Part shown: piece after piece, positions 50,045-60,249 of the stretch
How positions within the stretch are numbered: position 1 is the stretch's first letter
How the letters are laid out: each line of letters starts with the position of its first letter
From: Gemmatimonas sp.
GTDB lineage: Bacteria; Gemmatimonadota; Gemmatimonadetes; Gemmatimonadales; Gemmatimonadaceae
Assembly (NCBI GenBank): GCA_965279375.1
Contig: OZ257156.1
Coordinates: 4,416,001-4,480,000 of the forward strand
DNA: 64,000 bases
Direction: 5' to 3'
Notes under the pieces: generated by a model
Seen by the model: only the letters and a program-made list of their open reading frames with translations
Told to the model about the DNA's origin: nothing
Databases searched by the model: none
Program-made: the position numbers and the translations under genes

Positions 50045-50485
50045 GTGACCTCACCTGATCGTGCAGGACCGCTGGAAGCCATTCTCCGTGAGACGCCGCA
50101 CGACGAGCACGAGGCCGTCTGTGCCGCGTGGGAGGCGCTGCCGCTCCGGCGGCAGGAGTACCTCGCGGGCTTTCCCCCTGCCTTCGTCGCGCGATGGCTG
50201 CGCGGACTGCTGACTGGTTGGGACGAGGAGGCGCCGATGAATGTGCTCCCCGAGGGTGGGTACGCCCGTCAGGTCACCTTCCCCTCGTCGAAGGGAGAGG
50301 ACGTGCGGCTCTGGTGTCTCGTCAACTCGCGGGCGTCCGAGCAGGGCGAGCTGATTCATTGCCATGATGGCGTGGCGATTCCCGCCGGAACGATCGTGCA
50401 ACTCGCGCTCACGAGCGATGGGTTTGCCCGTGCGGTGCTGCCGACGCGCGACTCCGCGCTCAACGGCCTGCGACGGATTTTGTAG
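50045..50485 (+). CDS. Hypothetical protein
   Basis: GGAG 5 nt before GTG; no recognisable motif. Confidence 0.5.
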   Translation: MTSPDRAGPLEAILRETPHDEHEAVCAAWEALPLRRQEYLAGFPPAFVARWLRGLLTGWDEEAPMNVLPEGGYARQVTFPSSKGEDVRLWCLVNSRASEQGELIHCHDGVAIPAGTIVQLALTSDGFARAVLPTRDSALNGLRRIL

Positions 50486-50574
50486 CGGCGGCACTCTCGT
50501 CTGGCGGTGCGTGAGTCGTGGGGCGATTGTAGGGCTTGCCCGCGCCCCTGATCGCCCCGACCCGGAGACACACC

Positions 50575-52410
50575 GTGCCCACGTCCGAAGAACTGCTCGA
50601 CCAGCTGCATGCCGACCTCGCCCGCGCCGAGCACGATGAGGAGGCGAGTGGCATGGATCGTCGCCAGTTCATGTTCATGTCGCTGGTATCTGCGGCGGCG
50701 ACCACGTTTGGCGCGAGCGCCGTGCAGGCGCAACGCACACTGGCCGCGGCCGGCACTGGTGCATTCTCGGCGGACGGCGTGCGCTCGCTGATGCAGCAGC
50801 CACAGGTGCCGCCGGTCGCGCTGGGCAACGGCGAGGCCCCTGCCCTCCAGTTCATGCCGTACGCGGGCGGAACCGGAGCGCTGATGGAGAAGCTCGCGCG
50901 TGAGCGTGGCCGCACTGCCTTCGACCGCGCCGTGTTCACCGTGACGCCGTTCGTTGGCGCGGTGCCCACCAACCCCGACGACATCGCGTTCTTGCCCGCA
51001 CACCGACTCTCCGCGCTCATCAAGGCGCGCAAGATCACGTCGGTGCAGCTGACGGACATCTACCTCACGCGGCTCAAGCGGCTCAACCCGACGCTGCTGT
51101 GCGCGGTGACGATCATGGAAGACTCCGCGCGCAAGGAAGCCGCGCAAGCCGACGCGGAGATCAAGGCGGGCAAGTATCGGGGACCGCTGCACGGCCTGCC
51201 GTATGGCGTGAAGGACCTGTTCAACACCAAGGGCGTTCCCACCACGTGGGGCGCGGCCGACTTTCAGGACCGCATCATCGATGAGGACGCCGAAGTGGTG
51301 GTGCGACTGCGTGACGCCGGCGCGGTACTCATCGCCAAGCTCGCGACCGGACTCTTCGCGCAGAACGACCAGTGGTTTCGCGGTCGCACCAACAATCCGT
51401 GGAATCTCGTGCAGGGTTCGAGCGGCTCATCGGCGGGTCCGGGCTCCGCGACCGCTGCCGGGTGTGTCGCGTTCGGTATCGGCACCGAGACGCAGGGCTC
51501 GATCGTGTCGCCGTCGATTCGCTGCGGCCTGAGCGCGTTGCGCCCCACGTTCGGTCGCGTGAGTCGCTCGGGCGGCATGGTGCTGTCGTGGTCGCAGGAT
51601 CGCGTTGGGCCGATGTGTCGCACGGTGGAAGACTGCGCGATGGTCTTCAACGCGATCCATGGCGTGGATGAAAAGGACCCGTCCACCGTGACGACGCCGT
51701 TCCAGTTCGACCGCAATCTCAAGCTGGCGTCGGTGCGCGTTGGGGTGGATCCGGCGGCACCGAAGGAATTGGTGGATAAGCTACGCGAGTTGGGGATGAC
51801 GCCGAAGGAGATTGGCGCGCGTCCGACCGTCGCGGGCATGCAGGGCGGCGGACTGAACGTGGAATACGCCGCCGCGTTCGACTCGTACGTGCAGCGCAAG
51901 GCCAAGGAGATCGGACTCGACCTCACCAACCTGCCTGAGCCCGCTGCCGGAGGACGTGGCGCCGGTGGCGCACCGCCTGCAGCACCCGCTGGTCCGCCGG
52001 CCGCGCCGGCCAGCCCGATGGCGCCCGCCGACTGGAACCCGCGTTTCGTCAACGGGCGCACAGTACGCGGCTTCGAGTTCGTGCAGAACCAGCGCCGTCG
52101 CTACATGCTCGTCGCCAAGTGGGGCGAGTTCATGAAGGATCTCGACATGTTCATCGGCAACCCCAACGCCGACGTGGGCCCCAACGCGCAGACAGGCAAC
52201 CCGTGCGTGGTCGTGCCGTACAAGTTCGACGTGCCGGCCGCGCAGGGCGGCGGACGCGGCGGCGCGCCGGCGGCGGCAGCGCCCGAGCTCAAGCCACAGC
52301 CGATCTGCGGCGTGATCGTTGGTGCGCTCTATGCCGACGACAAGATCCTCTCGGTCGCGCATCAGTTTCAATCGCACACGGACGTACACACAAAGCGGCC
52401 GTCCGTGTAA
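50575..52410 (+). CDS. Amidase signature family enzyme with Tat-like signal
   Basis: DRRQFM twin-arginine; GPLHGLPYGVKD, GSSGSSAG, GTETQGSI. Confidence 0.92.
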   Translation: MPTSEELLDQLHADLARAEHDEEASGMDRRQFMFMSLVSAAATTFGASAVQAQRTLAAAGTGAFSADGVRSLMQQPQVPPVALGNGEAPALQFMPYAGGTGALMEKLARERGRTAFDRAVFTVTPFVGAVPTNPDDIAFLPAHRLSALIKARKITSVQLTDIYLTRLKRLNPTLLCAVTIMEDSARKEAAQADAEIKAGKYRGPLHGLPYGVKDLFNTKGVPTTWGAADFQDRIIDEDAEVVVRLRDAGAVLIAKLATGLFAQNDQWFRGRTNNPWNLVQGSSGSSAGPGSATAAGCVAFGIGTETQGSIVSPSIRCGLSALRPTFGRVSRSGGMVLSWSQDRVGPMCRTVEDCAMVFNAIHGVDEKDPSTVTTPFQFDRNLKLASVRVGVDPAAPKELVDKLRELGMTPKEIGARPTVAGMQGGGLNVEYAAAFDSYVQRKAKEIGLDLTNLPEPAAGGRGAGGAPPAAPAGPPAAPASPMAPADWNPRFVNGRTVRGFEFVQNQRRRYMLVAKWGEFMKDLDMFIGNPNADVGPNAQTGNPCVVVPYKFDVPAAQGGGRGGAPAAAAPELKPQPICGVIVGALYADDKILSVAHQFQSHTDVHTKRPSV

Positions 52411-52502
52411 CGCGCTGACGAGGGCGTGGGGATCCGAATCCGTGCGGCGCAGCGTTAATTCCTGATCATGCGCCGTACGAATGTCATTCAGCCGCCGCCG
52501 CA

Positions 52503-53363
52503 GTGAAATCGCGCCCCCACGCTGTGCAAGTTCGCGAGCTCCCCGTTGCGATCCGCATCATCCAGCGTGCCAACCGCACGCTGGGTCGTGTCGCACCAGC
52601 CACAATCGCGCGCCTGAATCGCGGGCTCTTCGTACGCCCACGCAAGTTCGCCGCGCGGGAGTGGGAATATGCGTTCGAGTCGATGGCGCAGCGGTCACGC
52701 CTGCCGTCCGGCGTCTCGGTGTTGCGCGCCGGTGACGGGCCGCTCGTAGCCTGTATTCACGGCTGGGAGGGTCGCGCCACGCAGTTTGCGCACTTCGTGC
52801 CGGTGTTGCTCGCGGCGGGCTACGGCGTCGTCGCCATCGATGCGCCTGCGCACGGCCAGTCCCGCGGCGACACGTCGGATCCGTTTCTCTTCGCGGACGC
52901 GCTGGTCGAAGTTGGCCGCAGCATTGGACCGCTGCAGGGCGTAGTGGGCCATTCCATGGGCGCCGGCTCCATCGCGTTGGCGCTGCGACTTGGCCTACAG
53001 GCAGAGCGCGCGGTCCTCATTGCCTCGCCGGCGTCGCTGCATGAGGTACTGCATCGATTTGCGTCCGTCATGCACATGCCACCGCACGCCACGCGGCATT
53101 TCGTCGATGCGATGCACAGGCGCGTGGGGGCTCGGGCGCACACCACGCCCGACCTGCTCGAGATCGCGCGTGACACCACGACACCGGCGCTACTGATCCA
53201 CGCGCCCGACGACGCGGAGATTCCCTTCTCCGACAGCGAACGCATCGCCGCCGCCATGCCGAACGCGACGCTGCTGGCCGTCGACGGCGTGGGTCATCGG
53301 CGCATTCTGCGCGACGAGACCGTCATTCGAGCCGCTGTGGATTTCCTGTCGACAAAGGGCTAG
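52503..53363 (+). CDS. Alpha/beta hydrolase
   Basis: HGWEG, DAPAHG, GHSMG, D...GH catalytic triad. Confidence 0.9.
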   Translation: MKSRPHAVQVRELPVAIRIIQRANRTLGRVAPATIARLNRGLFVRPRKFAAREWEYAFESMAQRSRLPSGVSVLRAGDGPLVACIHGWEGRATQFAHFVPVLLAAGYGVVAIDAPAHGQSRGDTSDPFLFADALVEVGRSIGPLQGVVGHSMGAGSIALALRLGLQAERAVLIASPASLHEVLHRFASVMHMPPHATRHFVDAMHRRVGARAHTTPDLLEIARDTTTPALLIHAPDDAEIPFSDSERIAAAMPNATLLAVDGVGHRRILRDETVIRAAVDFLSTKG

Positions 53364-53401
53364 CGACCAGCGTGCACAACGGGCGCCTCAGCCGCGGAGC
53401 A

Positions 53402-54268
53402 TCAGCGAGCGCGAGTGACCGTCACCGCATCACCGACACGAAGCGTGCCTGGCACCGCATGCGTGGCATTCATGCCGAACACCACGCCGCCATCAGCGCG
53501 CCGATAGCTGGCGAAGGTGCGCAGCGGTTCCACGCCTGACTCGGCCGTCTGTGGGTCGACCGTGGTCATGACGCATCGGAGGCACTGGGATCCCACTCCG
53601 ATCGTCACGCCGCCAATGACGATCTCGCGCCACGCGTCCTCTTCGTGCGCGGCGATACCGCCGAGCAGCACGTTCGGACGAAAGCGTGCGACTGAGACCG
53701 CATCGCCCCCCTGCTCCAACAGGCGCTCGTTGAGCCCGTCGATGCTCCCCTGCCCCAGCAGCAGCAACGGCGCGCCGTCGGAGAAGGCGACCTCGCGCTC
53801 GGTAGACGGCAGATCGCCGGCGAACCTGGGCTGCAGCGGACGGCGCGCCTGCGACGCCAGATAGACCATCCTCGCGCGCGCACCTAACGCTGCACTGCAC
53901 CATTCCGACGCCTCGTCGCCCGCATCCCACGCGGAAACGGTGTCATCCCAGATGCGCACGTCGAGCGCGGGGCCCGAGGTCGGCACCGTGACCGTGATCG
54001 CCTCCTGGGCCGCTGCTTTCAGTATCAACGCGCCGTTGCGATCAGACTCGGCGAACGCCGGCTGAATCAGCGCCAACCGGTGATACTCGCGCGCCGTGAT
54101 CGCCATTCCGTCCGCGTCGACCAACATCCATCGCCGGTCGCCCACGGCGCCTCGTGCATCGAGCGTCAGCTCGTCTACCGGAATCGCGGCCGCCGACTTG
54201 AGCGGATGCACGAACAGCGCGGAGACTCGCGCCACCATCGATCGACCTTCGTCAGCATTGCCGTTCAT
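53402..54268 (-). CDS. MOSC domain protein (YcbX/mARC-like)
   Basis: LFVHPLKS, DRRWMLVD, FSDGAP, RFRPN, CLRCVMTT. Confidence 0.92.
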   Translation of the reverse strand: MNGNADEGRSMVARVSALFVHPLKSAAAIPVDELTLDARGAVGDRRWMLVDADGMAITAREYHRLALIQPAFAESDRNGALILKAAAQEAITVTVPTSGPALDVRIWDDTVSAWDAGDEASEWCSAALGARARMVYLASQARRPLQPRFAGDLPSTEREVAFSDGAPLLLLGQGSIDGLNERLLEQGGDAVSVARFRPNVLLGGIAAHEEDAWREIVIGGVTIGVGSQCLRCVMTTVDPQTAESGVEPLRTFASYRRADGGVVFGMNATHAVPGTLRVGDAVTVTRAR

Positions 54269-54275
54269 GGCTGCA

Positions 54276-55673
54276 TCACTCCGCTCCAGCGTGCGGGTAG
54301 TTCGTGGACGCCGCGCTTCTGCGCCAGTACGCATACACGGGCAAACCCAGCGCAATCAATCCCGCGCCGCGCGCCGCGTTGCCGGGGTTCGACAGAATAG
54401 ACCCGGCCACCACGTACAGCGCCGCCGCGATGAACAACAGCGTCGTCCACGGATGCCATGGCGTGGTCGTTGTGGGCACGAATCCCGCGCGTGCGTCGCG
54501 TGCGCGCAGCGCGAAGAGCGCGGCCGCCGTCGAGCCAAAGAAGATCCAGTCGGCAAACACCACATAATCGAGCAACTGCCCGTAAGTGCCCGTGAGCAGC
54601 AGCGCGAGCGCCACTGCAGCTTGCACGACGAGCGCGGTCACCGGCGTGCGCGTTTTCGGATGCAACGTGGCCATGCTCTTGAAGAACAGCCCATCGGCAG
54701 CCATTGCCTGATAAACGCGCGCAGAGAGCAGAATCACGACGCCAAGAAAACCCACCGTCGAAATCACGATACCGACGGCAATGAGCGCGCGACCGGGGGC
54801 GCCCAGATACACGAACATCGTGTCGGCCGCAGGCGCCGAACTGCGGGCGAGGCCGTCGGCGCCCAACGCGCGCAGATACGAGACGTTGACCAGCAGATAT
54901 GTAGCCACCACCACGAGCACGCCGAAGATCAATGCCTTCGGCAACGTGCGTGCAGGATCCACCAACTCTTCGGCCACGGCATTGGTCTGCTGCCAGCCTC
55001 CGAACGAAAAGAGCACCGGCACCAAGGCCGCGCCCATCGCCAGCACGACAGACAGGCCGCCCGTGGGGAGATTCACAGTCACCGACGTCGTCGATGGGGG
55101 CACCGGATGCGACGGAGCGAGAAACAGTGCCGCCGCCACCAGTACGCCGATCGCGCCGAGCTTGAGCAGGGTGAGCACGTTCCCCGCGGTCGCGCCGATG
55201 CTGACCCCCAGCACGTTCAGCAGCGTCATCACGGCGATCAGCGCAATCGCGATGGGGCGCACGGCCCATACGTCCAAGCCGAGGAGCGTGGCCAGGTAGC
55301 TCGCGCCGGTCATGCCGACGGCCGCGATCGCGCCGGTGGCCATGATCAGGAAGAGCGCCCAGCCGTACAGAAACGCTGGCAGCGGCCCCCACGCGTCGCG
55401 CAAGTAGATGTACGTGCCGCCGGCCAACGGCCGCCGCGCGCCCAGTTCTGCGTACACGAACCCGCCGATGATCGCGACGAGCGCGCCAAGTCCCCAGGCG
55501 ACCAGCGTGAGCGAGGCGGTCCCCACGCGCTGCGCCACGACGGCGGGGGACAGGAAAATCCCCGAGCCGATGATCCCCCCCACCACCAGCATTGTCCCGG
55601 AGAATGTGCCGAGTCTGGCGTCGTATCCGACGCGACTTGTCCCTACAGCGTGCGGTTCGGGGGATGAGGCCAT
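54276..55673 (-). CDS. APC-family amino acid permease
   Basis: GGIIGSGIF, YAELG, GGTYIYL, FSFGGW, about 12 TM segments. Confidence 0.92.
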   Translation of the reverse strand: MASSPEPHAVGTSRVGYDARLGTFSGTMLVVGGIIGSGIFLSPAVVAQRVGTASLTLVAWGLGALVAIIGGFVYAELGARRPLAGGTYIYLRDAWGPLPAFLYGWALFLIMATGAIAAVGMTGASYLATLLGLDVWAVRPIAIALIAVMTLLNVLGVSIGATAGNVLTLLKLGAIGVLVAAALFLAPSHPVPPSTTSVTVNLPTGGLSVVLAMGAALVPVLFSFGGWQQTNAVAEELVDPARTLPKALIFGVLVVVATYLLVNVSYLRALGADGLARSSAPAADTMFVYLGAPGRALIAVGIVISTVGFLGVVILLSARVYQAMAADGLFFKSMATLHPKTRTPVTALVVQAAVALALLLTGTYGQLLDYVVFADWIFFGSTAAALFALRARDARAGFVPTTTTPWHPWTTLLFIAAALYVVAGSILSNPGNAARGAGLIALGLPVYAYWRRSAASTNYPHAGAE

Positions 55674-55763
55674 TGCCGCAAAGTGCAGCGTGTAAATTTG
55701 CGGCGCTACCACGTTTTGCTCGCGTGTGCCGTGACCGTCCACTGTCCCTTCGACGCCCTGCCC

Positions 55764-57146
55764 ATGTCCCCACGGCTTTTCATCAGACGCGCGACCTCCG
55801 CGCTGCTGCTCGCCGCCGCGCCGCTTCTGTCCGCGCGCGCGCAACAGGCCCCGCGCATTCCGTTCGAGAAGTTCACGCTTCCCAACGGACTCGAAGTCAT
55901 TCTGCACGTCGACAAGTCCACGCCGATCGTCGCCGTCAACGGCTGGTACAAGGTGGGCTCGGGTGACGAGAAGCCCGGCCGCACCGGCTTCGCGCATCTC
56001 TTCGAGCACATCATGTTCATGGGCTCGCAGAACGTGCCCGTCGGCAAGTTCGATCAGTGGCTGGAGGCCGCAGGCGCCAACAACAACGGCTCCACCACCT
56101 TCGATCGGACGAACTACTACGAGACCGGTCCGTCCAACGCGTTGCCGCTGATGCTCTGGCTCGACGCCGATCGCATGGGCTGGCTGCTCCCGACGATGGA
56201 CCTCGCCAAGGTGGACCTGCAGCGCGACGTCGTGAAGAACGAACGTCGGCAGGGCGTCGAGAATCAGCCGTATGGTCTGGTGGACGAGACGATTCTCCCG
56301 ATCATGTTCCCGCCCACGCATCCGTACTCGTGGGACGTGATCGGCTCGATGAAGGATTTGAGCGCCGCGTCGGTGGACGACGTGAAGGAGTTCTTCAAGA
56401 AGTATTACGCGCCCAACAACGCCAGCATCGCGATCGCGGGTGACTTCAATCCCGATTCCGCCAAGGCGTGGGTGACGCGCTACTTCGGCAAGATCCCGCG
56501 CAACGCCGATGCGCCCGTGCGTCCGATCGTTCCTGCGCCCGCGCTCAAGAAGGACACCGTCGTGGTGCTCGAAGATCGCGTGCAGTTGCCGCGCGCCTAC
56601 TACTTCTGGCATGGCGTCAAGTCGCTCAGCGCCGACGAACCAGCGCTCGACGCACTCTCGTCCATCCTCGCCGGCGGCAAGAGCTCGCGTCTCTATCGCA
56701 CGCTCGTCTACGAGAAGCAGATCGCGCAGGACGTGCGCATGAACAACGATGCCAGCAACCTGGACGGCATCATTCGCATCTCGGCGACGGCCAAGCCGGG
56801 CACGCATCCGCGATTGCTCGCGGCTGAAATCAACGCGGCCATTGCCGACATCGCGGCCAAGGGTGTCACTGATCGCGAGCTGACGCGCGTCAAGAATGGT
56901 GTGCGCGCCGGACTGCTCGACGAACTTTCCTCCGTTCTCGGAAAGGCCGACCGTTTGAGCTACTACAACTACTTCGCCGGCACGCCGGACTGGATCGAGC
57001 AGGATCTCGCGCGCTACGAAAAACTCACCACCGCCGACGTACAGCGCGTGGCCAAGCAGTACCTGCTCTCGCAGCCCAAGATCATCCTCACCGTCGTTCC
57101 CGAAGGCAAGAAGGATCTCGCGCTCTCGGCCGGAGGGTCCAACTGA
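55764..57146 (+). CDS. M16 family zinc peptidase, catalytic subunit
   Basis: Signal peptide; GFAHLFEH (HxxEH), NGST, VKNERR. Confidence 0.93.
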   Translation: MSPRLFIRRATSALLLAAAPLLSARAQQAPRIPFEKFTLPNGLEVILHVDKSTPIVAVNGWYKVGSGDEKPGRTGFAHLFEHIMFMGSQNVPVGKFDQWLEAAGANNNGSTTFDRTNYYETGPSNALPLMLWLDADRMGWLLPTMDLAKVDLQRDVVKNERRQGVENQPYGLVDETILPIMFPPTHPYSWDVIGSMKDLSAASVDDVKEFFKKYYAPNNASIAIAGDFNPDSAKAWVTRYFGKIPRNADAPVRPIVPAPALKKDTVVVLEDRVQLPRAYYFWHGVKSLSADEPALDALSSILAGGKSSRLYRTLVYEKQIAQDVRMNNDASNLDGIIRISATAKPGTHPRLLAAEINAAIADIAAKGVTDRELTRVKNGVRAGLLDELSSVLGKADRLSYYNYFAGTPDWIEQDLARYEKLTTADVQRVAKQYLLSQPKIILTVVPEGKKDLALSAGGSN

Positions 57147-58612
57147 TGCGCCGCCAGACTCGCTCCATCACGCTCGGCCTGACTGCGCTCGGCGTGCACG
57201 CTGTTGTCGCTGTCAGCAGCGCACAGGCGCAGGCACCGAACGTCTACACCAAGCCGCCCAAGCTCGCGGCACCACGCACGCTCACGCTCCCCACGCCCGT
57301 TGAACGCACGCTCCCCAACGGCCTCAAGTTGGTGATCGTCGAGCAGCACGAACTGCCCGTAGTGGACATCGCGCTCGTCGTGCGTTCAGGCGCAGAAGCC
57401 GATCCCAAGGACAAGAAGGGACTGGCCACGCTCACCGCCAACCTGCTGGACGAGGGCGCGGGCGCGTACGACGCGCTCGGTCTCGCCGAACAGATCGGCT
57501 TTCTCGCGATCGGTCTGGGCACCAGCGCAGGCTTTGATCAGAGCACCGTCAGTCTGCACACCACGCGCGCCACGCTGGACAGCGCCGCTGCACTGATGGC
57601 CGATGTCGTGCTTCGCCCGACGTTCGCGGCCAAGGAATTCGATCGCATCAAGAGCGAGCGTCTGACCTCACTCCTGCAGGAGTCGGATCGCGGTCCCGTC
57701 ATGGCCGACCGCGCCTTCGCGGCGATCGTCTACGGCGAAGACCATCCGTACGGCAACACCACGGCCGGCACGCGCGAGGCCGTCGAGAGCATCACGCGCG
57801 ATGATGTCGTGAACTTCTGGAAGTCGGTCTATCGACCGGACAACGCCACGCTCGTCATCGTTGGCGATCTGAGCGTCGCGAACGCCGAAGCGCTGGCCAA
57901 GCGCGCGTTCGGCGGATGGACCAGCGGCGCGGCAACGGCCGCCGTCGCAGCGGTCAAGGCACCGGCTCCGCAGGCGCGCACGATCTACATCGTGGACAAG
58001 CCCAAGGCGGCGCAGTCATCGTTCCGCATCGGCAGCGTTGGTGTGGCACGAAGCACGAAGGACTACTACCCGCTCATGGTGATGAACACGGCGCTGGGCG
58101 GTTCCTTCACCAGTCGCCTCAACGCCAACCTGCGCGAGACCAAGGGCTACACGTACGGCGCCAGCTCGGGATTTGCGATGCGTCGCGAGGAAGGGCCGTT
58201 CGTCGCGCGCGCCGAAGTCGTCGCGGCCAAGACCGACTCGGCGCTGATCGAGTTCATGAAGGAGTTCGACGCCATCAGAAAGCCGCTCCCCGCCGAGGAA
58301 CTCGCCAAGACGAAGCGCTATCTGCAGCTTGGGTACGCGGACCGGTTCGAATCCACGGGCGACATTGCCTCGCAGATCGCGGCGCTGGTGCCATACGGAC
58401 TGCCGCTCTCCACGCTGGGCGCGTACGAACGCGGCATGGGCGCGGTTACGGCGGCCGATGTGCAACGCGTCGCCACGCGCTATCTCGATCCATCCAAGTT
58501 GGCGATCGTCATTGCGGGCGATCGTGCCTCCATCGAAGCAGCGCTCAAGGCGACAAAGATCGCGCCGGTTGAAATTCGCGACCTGCGTGGCCGTCGTCTC
58601 CCCGTTCCTTGA
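57146..58612 (+). CDS. M16 family peptidase, non-catalytic partner subunit
   Basis: No HxxEH (GLATLTANLLDEG); SRLNANLRETKGYTY R/Y motif; TGATG coupling. Confidence 0.9.
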   Translation: MRRQTRSITLGLTALGVHAVVAVSSAQAQAPNVYTKPPKLAAPRTLTLPTPVERTLPNGLKLVIVEQHELPVVDIALVVRSGAEADPKDKKGLATLTANLLDEGAGAYDALGLAEQIGFLAIGLGTSAGFDQSTVSLHTTRATLDSAAALMADVVLRPTFAAKEFDRIKSERLTSLLQESDRGPVMADRAFAAIVYGEDHPYGNTTAGTREAVESITRDDVVNFWKSVYRPDNATLVIVGDLSVANAEALAKRAFGGWTSGAATAAVAAVKAPAPQARTIYIVDKPKAAQSSFRIGSVGVARSTKDYYPLMVMNTALGGSFTSRLNANLRETKGYTYGASSGFAMRREEGPFVARAEVVAAKTDSALIEFMKEFDAIRKPLPAEELAKTKRYLQLGYADRFESTGDIASQIAALVPYGLPLSTLGAYERGMGAVTAADVQRVATRYLDPSKLAIVIAGDRASIEAALKATKIAPVEIRDLRGRRLPVP

Positions 58613-58622
58613 GGATGTGCTG

Positions 58623-59558
58623 ATGTCGTTCTCTCTGCTTCATCGCCGCGCGCCTCGTGCGCTGCTGCTGGCCGCCACGGCACTGTCGCTCGCGGCGTGT
58701 CATCGCGCTGCGGGGCCGCAGTCGGCCAGCGCCAAGCGTGCGCCGCGCCCGGACATGCTGGTGTCTACGCAGTGGCTCGCGTCGCACGCCGCTGACAAAA
58801 ACCTCGTCGTGCTGCACGTTGGCCGTCGCGCGCAGTACGACAGCGGCCACATGGCCGGCGCGCGTTTCGTGTCGCTGCAAGACATCTCGGTCACGGAAGG
58901 CAAGCTGACGCTGCAGCTCCCCCCAGTCGCGCAGCTCTCGGCGTGGGCACAAGCCAACGGCATCGGCGACAAGTCGCGCATCGTCGTGGTGCCACACGAC
59001 GACACCTTGCAGTCGGCGACGCGTGTTTTCCTCACGCTCGCGTATCTGGGCGCGCTCGATCGCACCTCGCTGCTGGACGGCGGTTTCAAGGCGTGGAAGT
59101 CGGAAGGACGGGCGTCGGTGACCGCGGCACCTGCGGCCCCGGCACCCACGACCTTCACCGCGCGCCCGCAGCCGGCGCTCATCGCCACCATCGCGCAGGT
59201 GGAGGCGGCCACGCAGAACGGTGAGCTGTCGATCGTGGACGCCCGCCTGCCGCGCTTCTACAACGGCGACGGCGGCGGCTATCCGCGGCCGGGGCACATT
59301 CCAACGGCCGTGAACGTCCCGCTCACGACGGTCGCCACCAACGGCCATTTCAAGGCGCCTGAGGAGCTCAAGCGACTCTTCTCCGACGCGGGCGTGAGTG
59401 ACGGCAAGCCGGTCATCACCTACTGCCACATCGGCCAGCAGGCCTCGCTGCTCTGGTTCGTGGCCACGATGCTCGGCTACGACGCCCGCATGTTCGACGG
59501 ATCGTTCCAGGAGTGGAGCGGGACGGAGCGGCTGCCGATCGTGGCGCCCAAGAAGTAG
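58623..59558 (+). CDS. Tandem-domain rhodanese/sulfurtransferase, predicted lipoprotein
   Basis: Lipobox [41 protein letters not shown]. Confidence 0.9.
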   Translation: MSFSLLHRRAPRALLLAATALSLAACHRAAGPQSASAKRAPRPDMLVSTQWLASHAADKNLVVLHVGRRAQYDSGHMAGARFVSLQDISVTEGKLTLQLPPVAQLSAWAQANGIGDKSRIVVVPHDDTLQSATRVFLTLAYLGALDRTSLLDGGFKAWKSEGRASVTAAPAAPAPTTFTARPQPALIATIAQVEAATQNGELSIVDARLPRFYNGDGGGYPRPGHIPTAVNVPLTTVATNGHFKAPEELKRLFSDAGVSDGKPVITYCHIGQQASLLWFVATMLGYDARMFDGSFQEWSGTERLPIVAPKK

Positions 59559-59688
59559 CTCAAGGAGTCCAGCGGCCCGTCGCGCGTCGGCGCGGGTTGG
59601 AGGGAGGCGCGCCACGGCTGTAAGTTGGGGCGTTCGGCGGCGGGGCACTTCTGGTCCCGCCGCGTTCGACTCCCTTTGCCGACACGCC

Positions 59689-60249
59689 GTGAGCGCCGCA
59701 GACCGCGACACCACCGCTGCCTCCCCCGCCCTCACGCCGTTGGTGGGCGTGGTCATGGGAAGTGCCAGCGACTACGACACGCTGGCGCCGGCGTGCGAAA
59801 TCCTGGCCGAGCTTGGCATCCCGTACGAAGCGCGCGTGGTCTCCGCGCACCGCACTCCCGACTGGCTGTTCAGCTACGCTGAAACGGCGGCCGCACGAGG
59901 ACTGCGGGCGATCATCGCCGGCGCGGGCGGCGCGGCCCACCTGCCGGGAATGCTGGCCGCCAAGACGTTCGTGCCGGTTCTAGGCGTTCCGGTGGTCGCG
60001 ACCCCGCTCAACGGCATGGACGCGCTCCTGAGCATCGTGCAGATGCCAGCCGGCGTGCCGGTCGCCACCTTCGCCATCGGGAAGCCGGGGGCCAGCAACG
60101 CCGCCCTCTTCGCGGCGCAGCTCCTCGCCGCCGGCGACGCCGAATTGGCCGCCCGTCTGGCGACACGCCGAGCGACCAAGGCCGAGGAAGCGTTGGCGCG
60201 ACCGCTCGCCGCCCCGAACGCGATTGCCCCGACCGTCGCCGCGCCGTGA
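59689..60249 (+). CDS. purE: N5-CAIR mutase PurE
   Basis: [34 protein letters not shown]; exact start uncertain. Confidence 0.97.
   Translation: MSAADRDTTAASPALTPLVGVVMGSASDYDTLAPACEILAELGIPYEARVVSAHRTPDWLFSYAETAAARGLRAIIAGAGGAAHLPGMLAAKTFVPVLGVPVVATPLNGMDALLSIVQMPAGVPVATFAIGKPGASNAALFAAQLLAAGDAELAARLATRRATKAEEALARPLAAPNAIAPTVAAP

Noticed and set aside
54276..56807. 843-aa ORF suggesting a permease with a large N-terminal fusion
   Set aside because: The extension is the antisense shadow of the M16 peptidase; permease homology begins near the ATG at 55673
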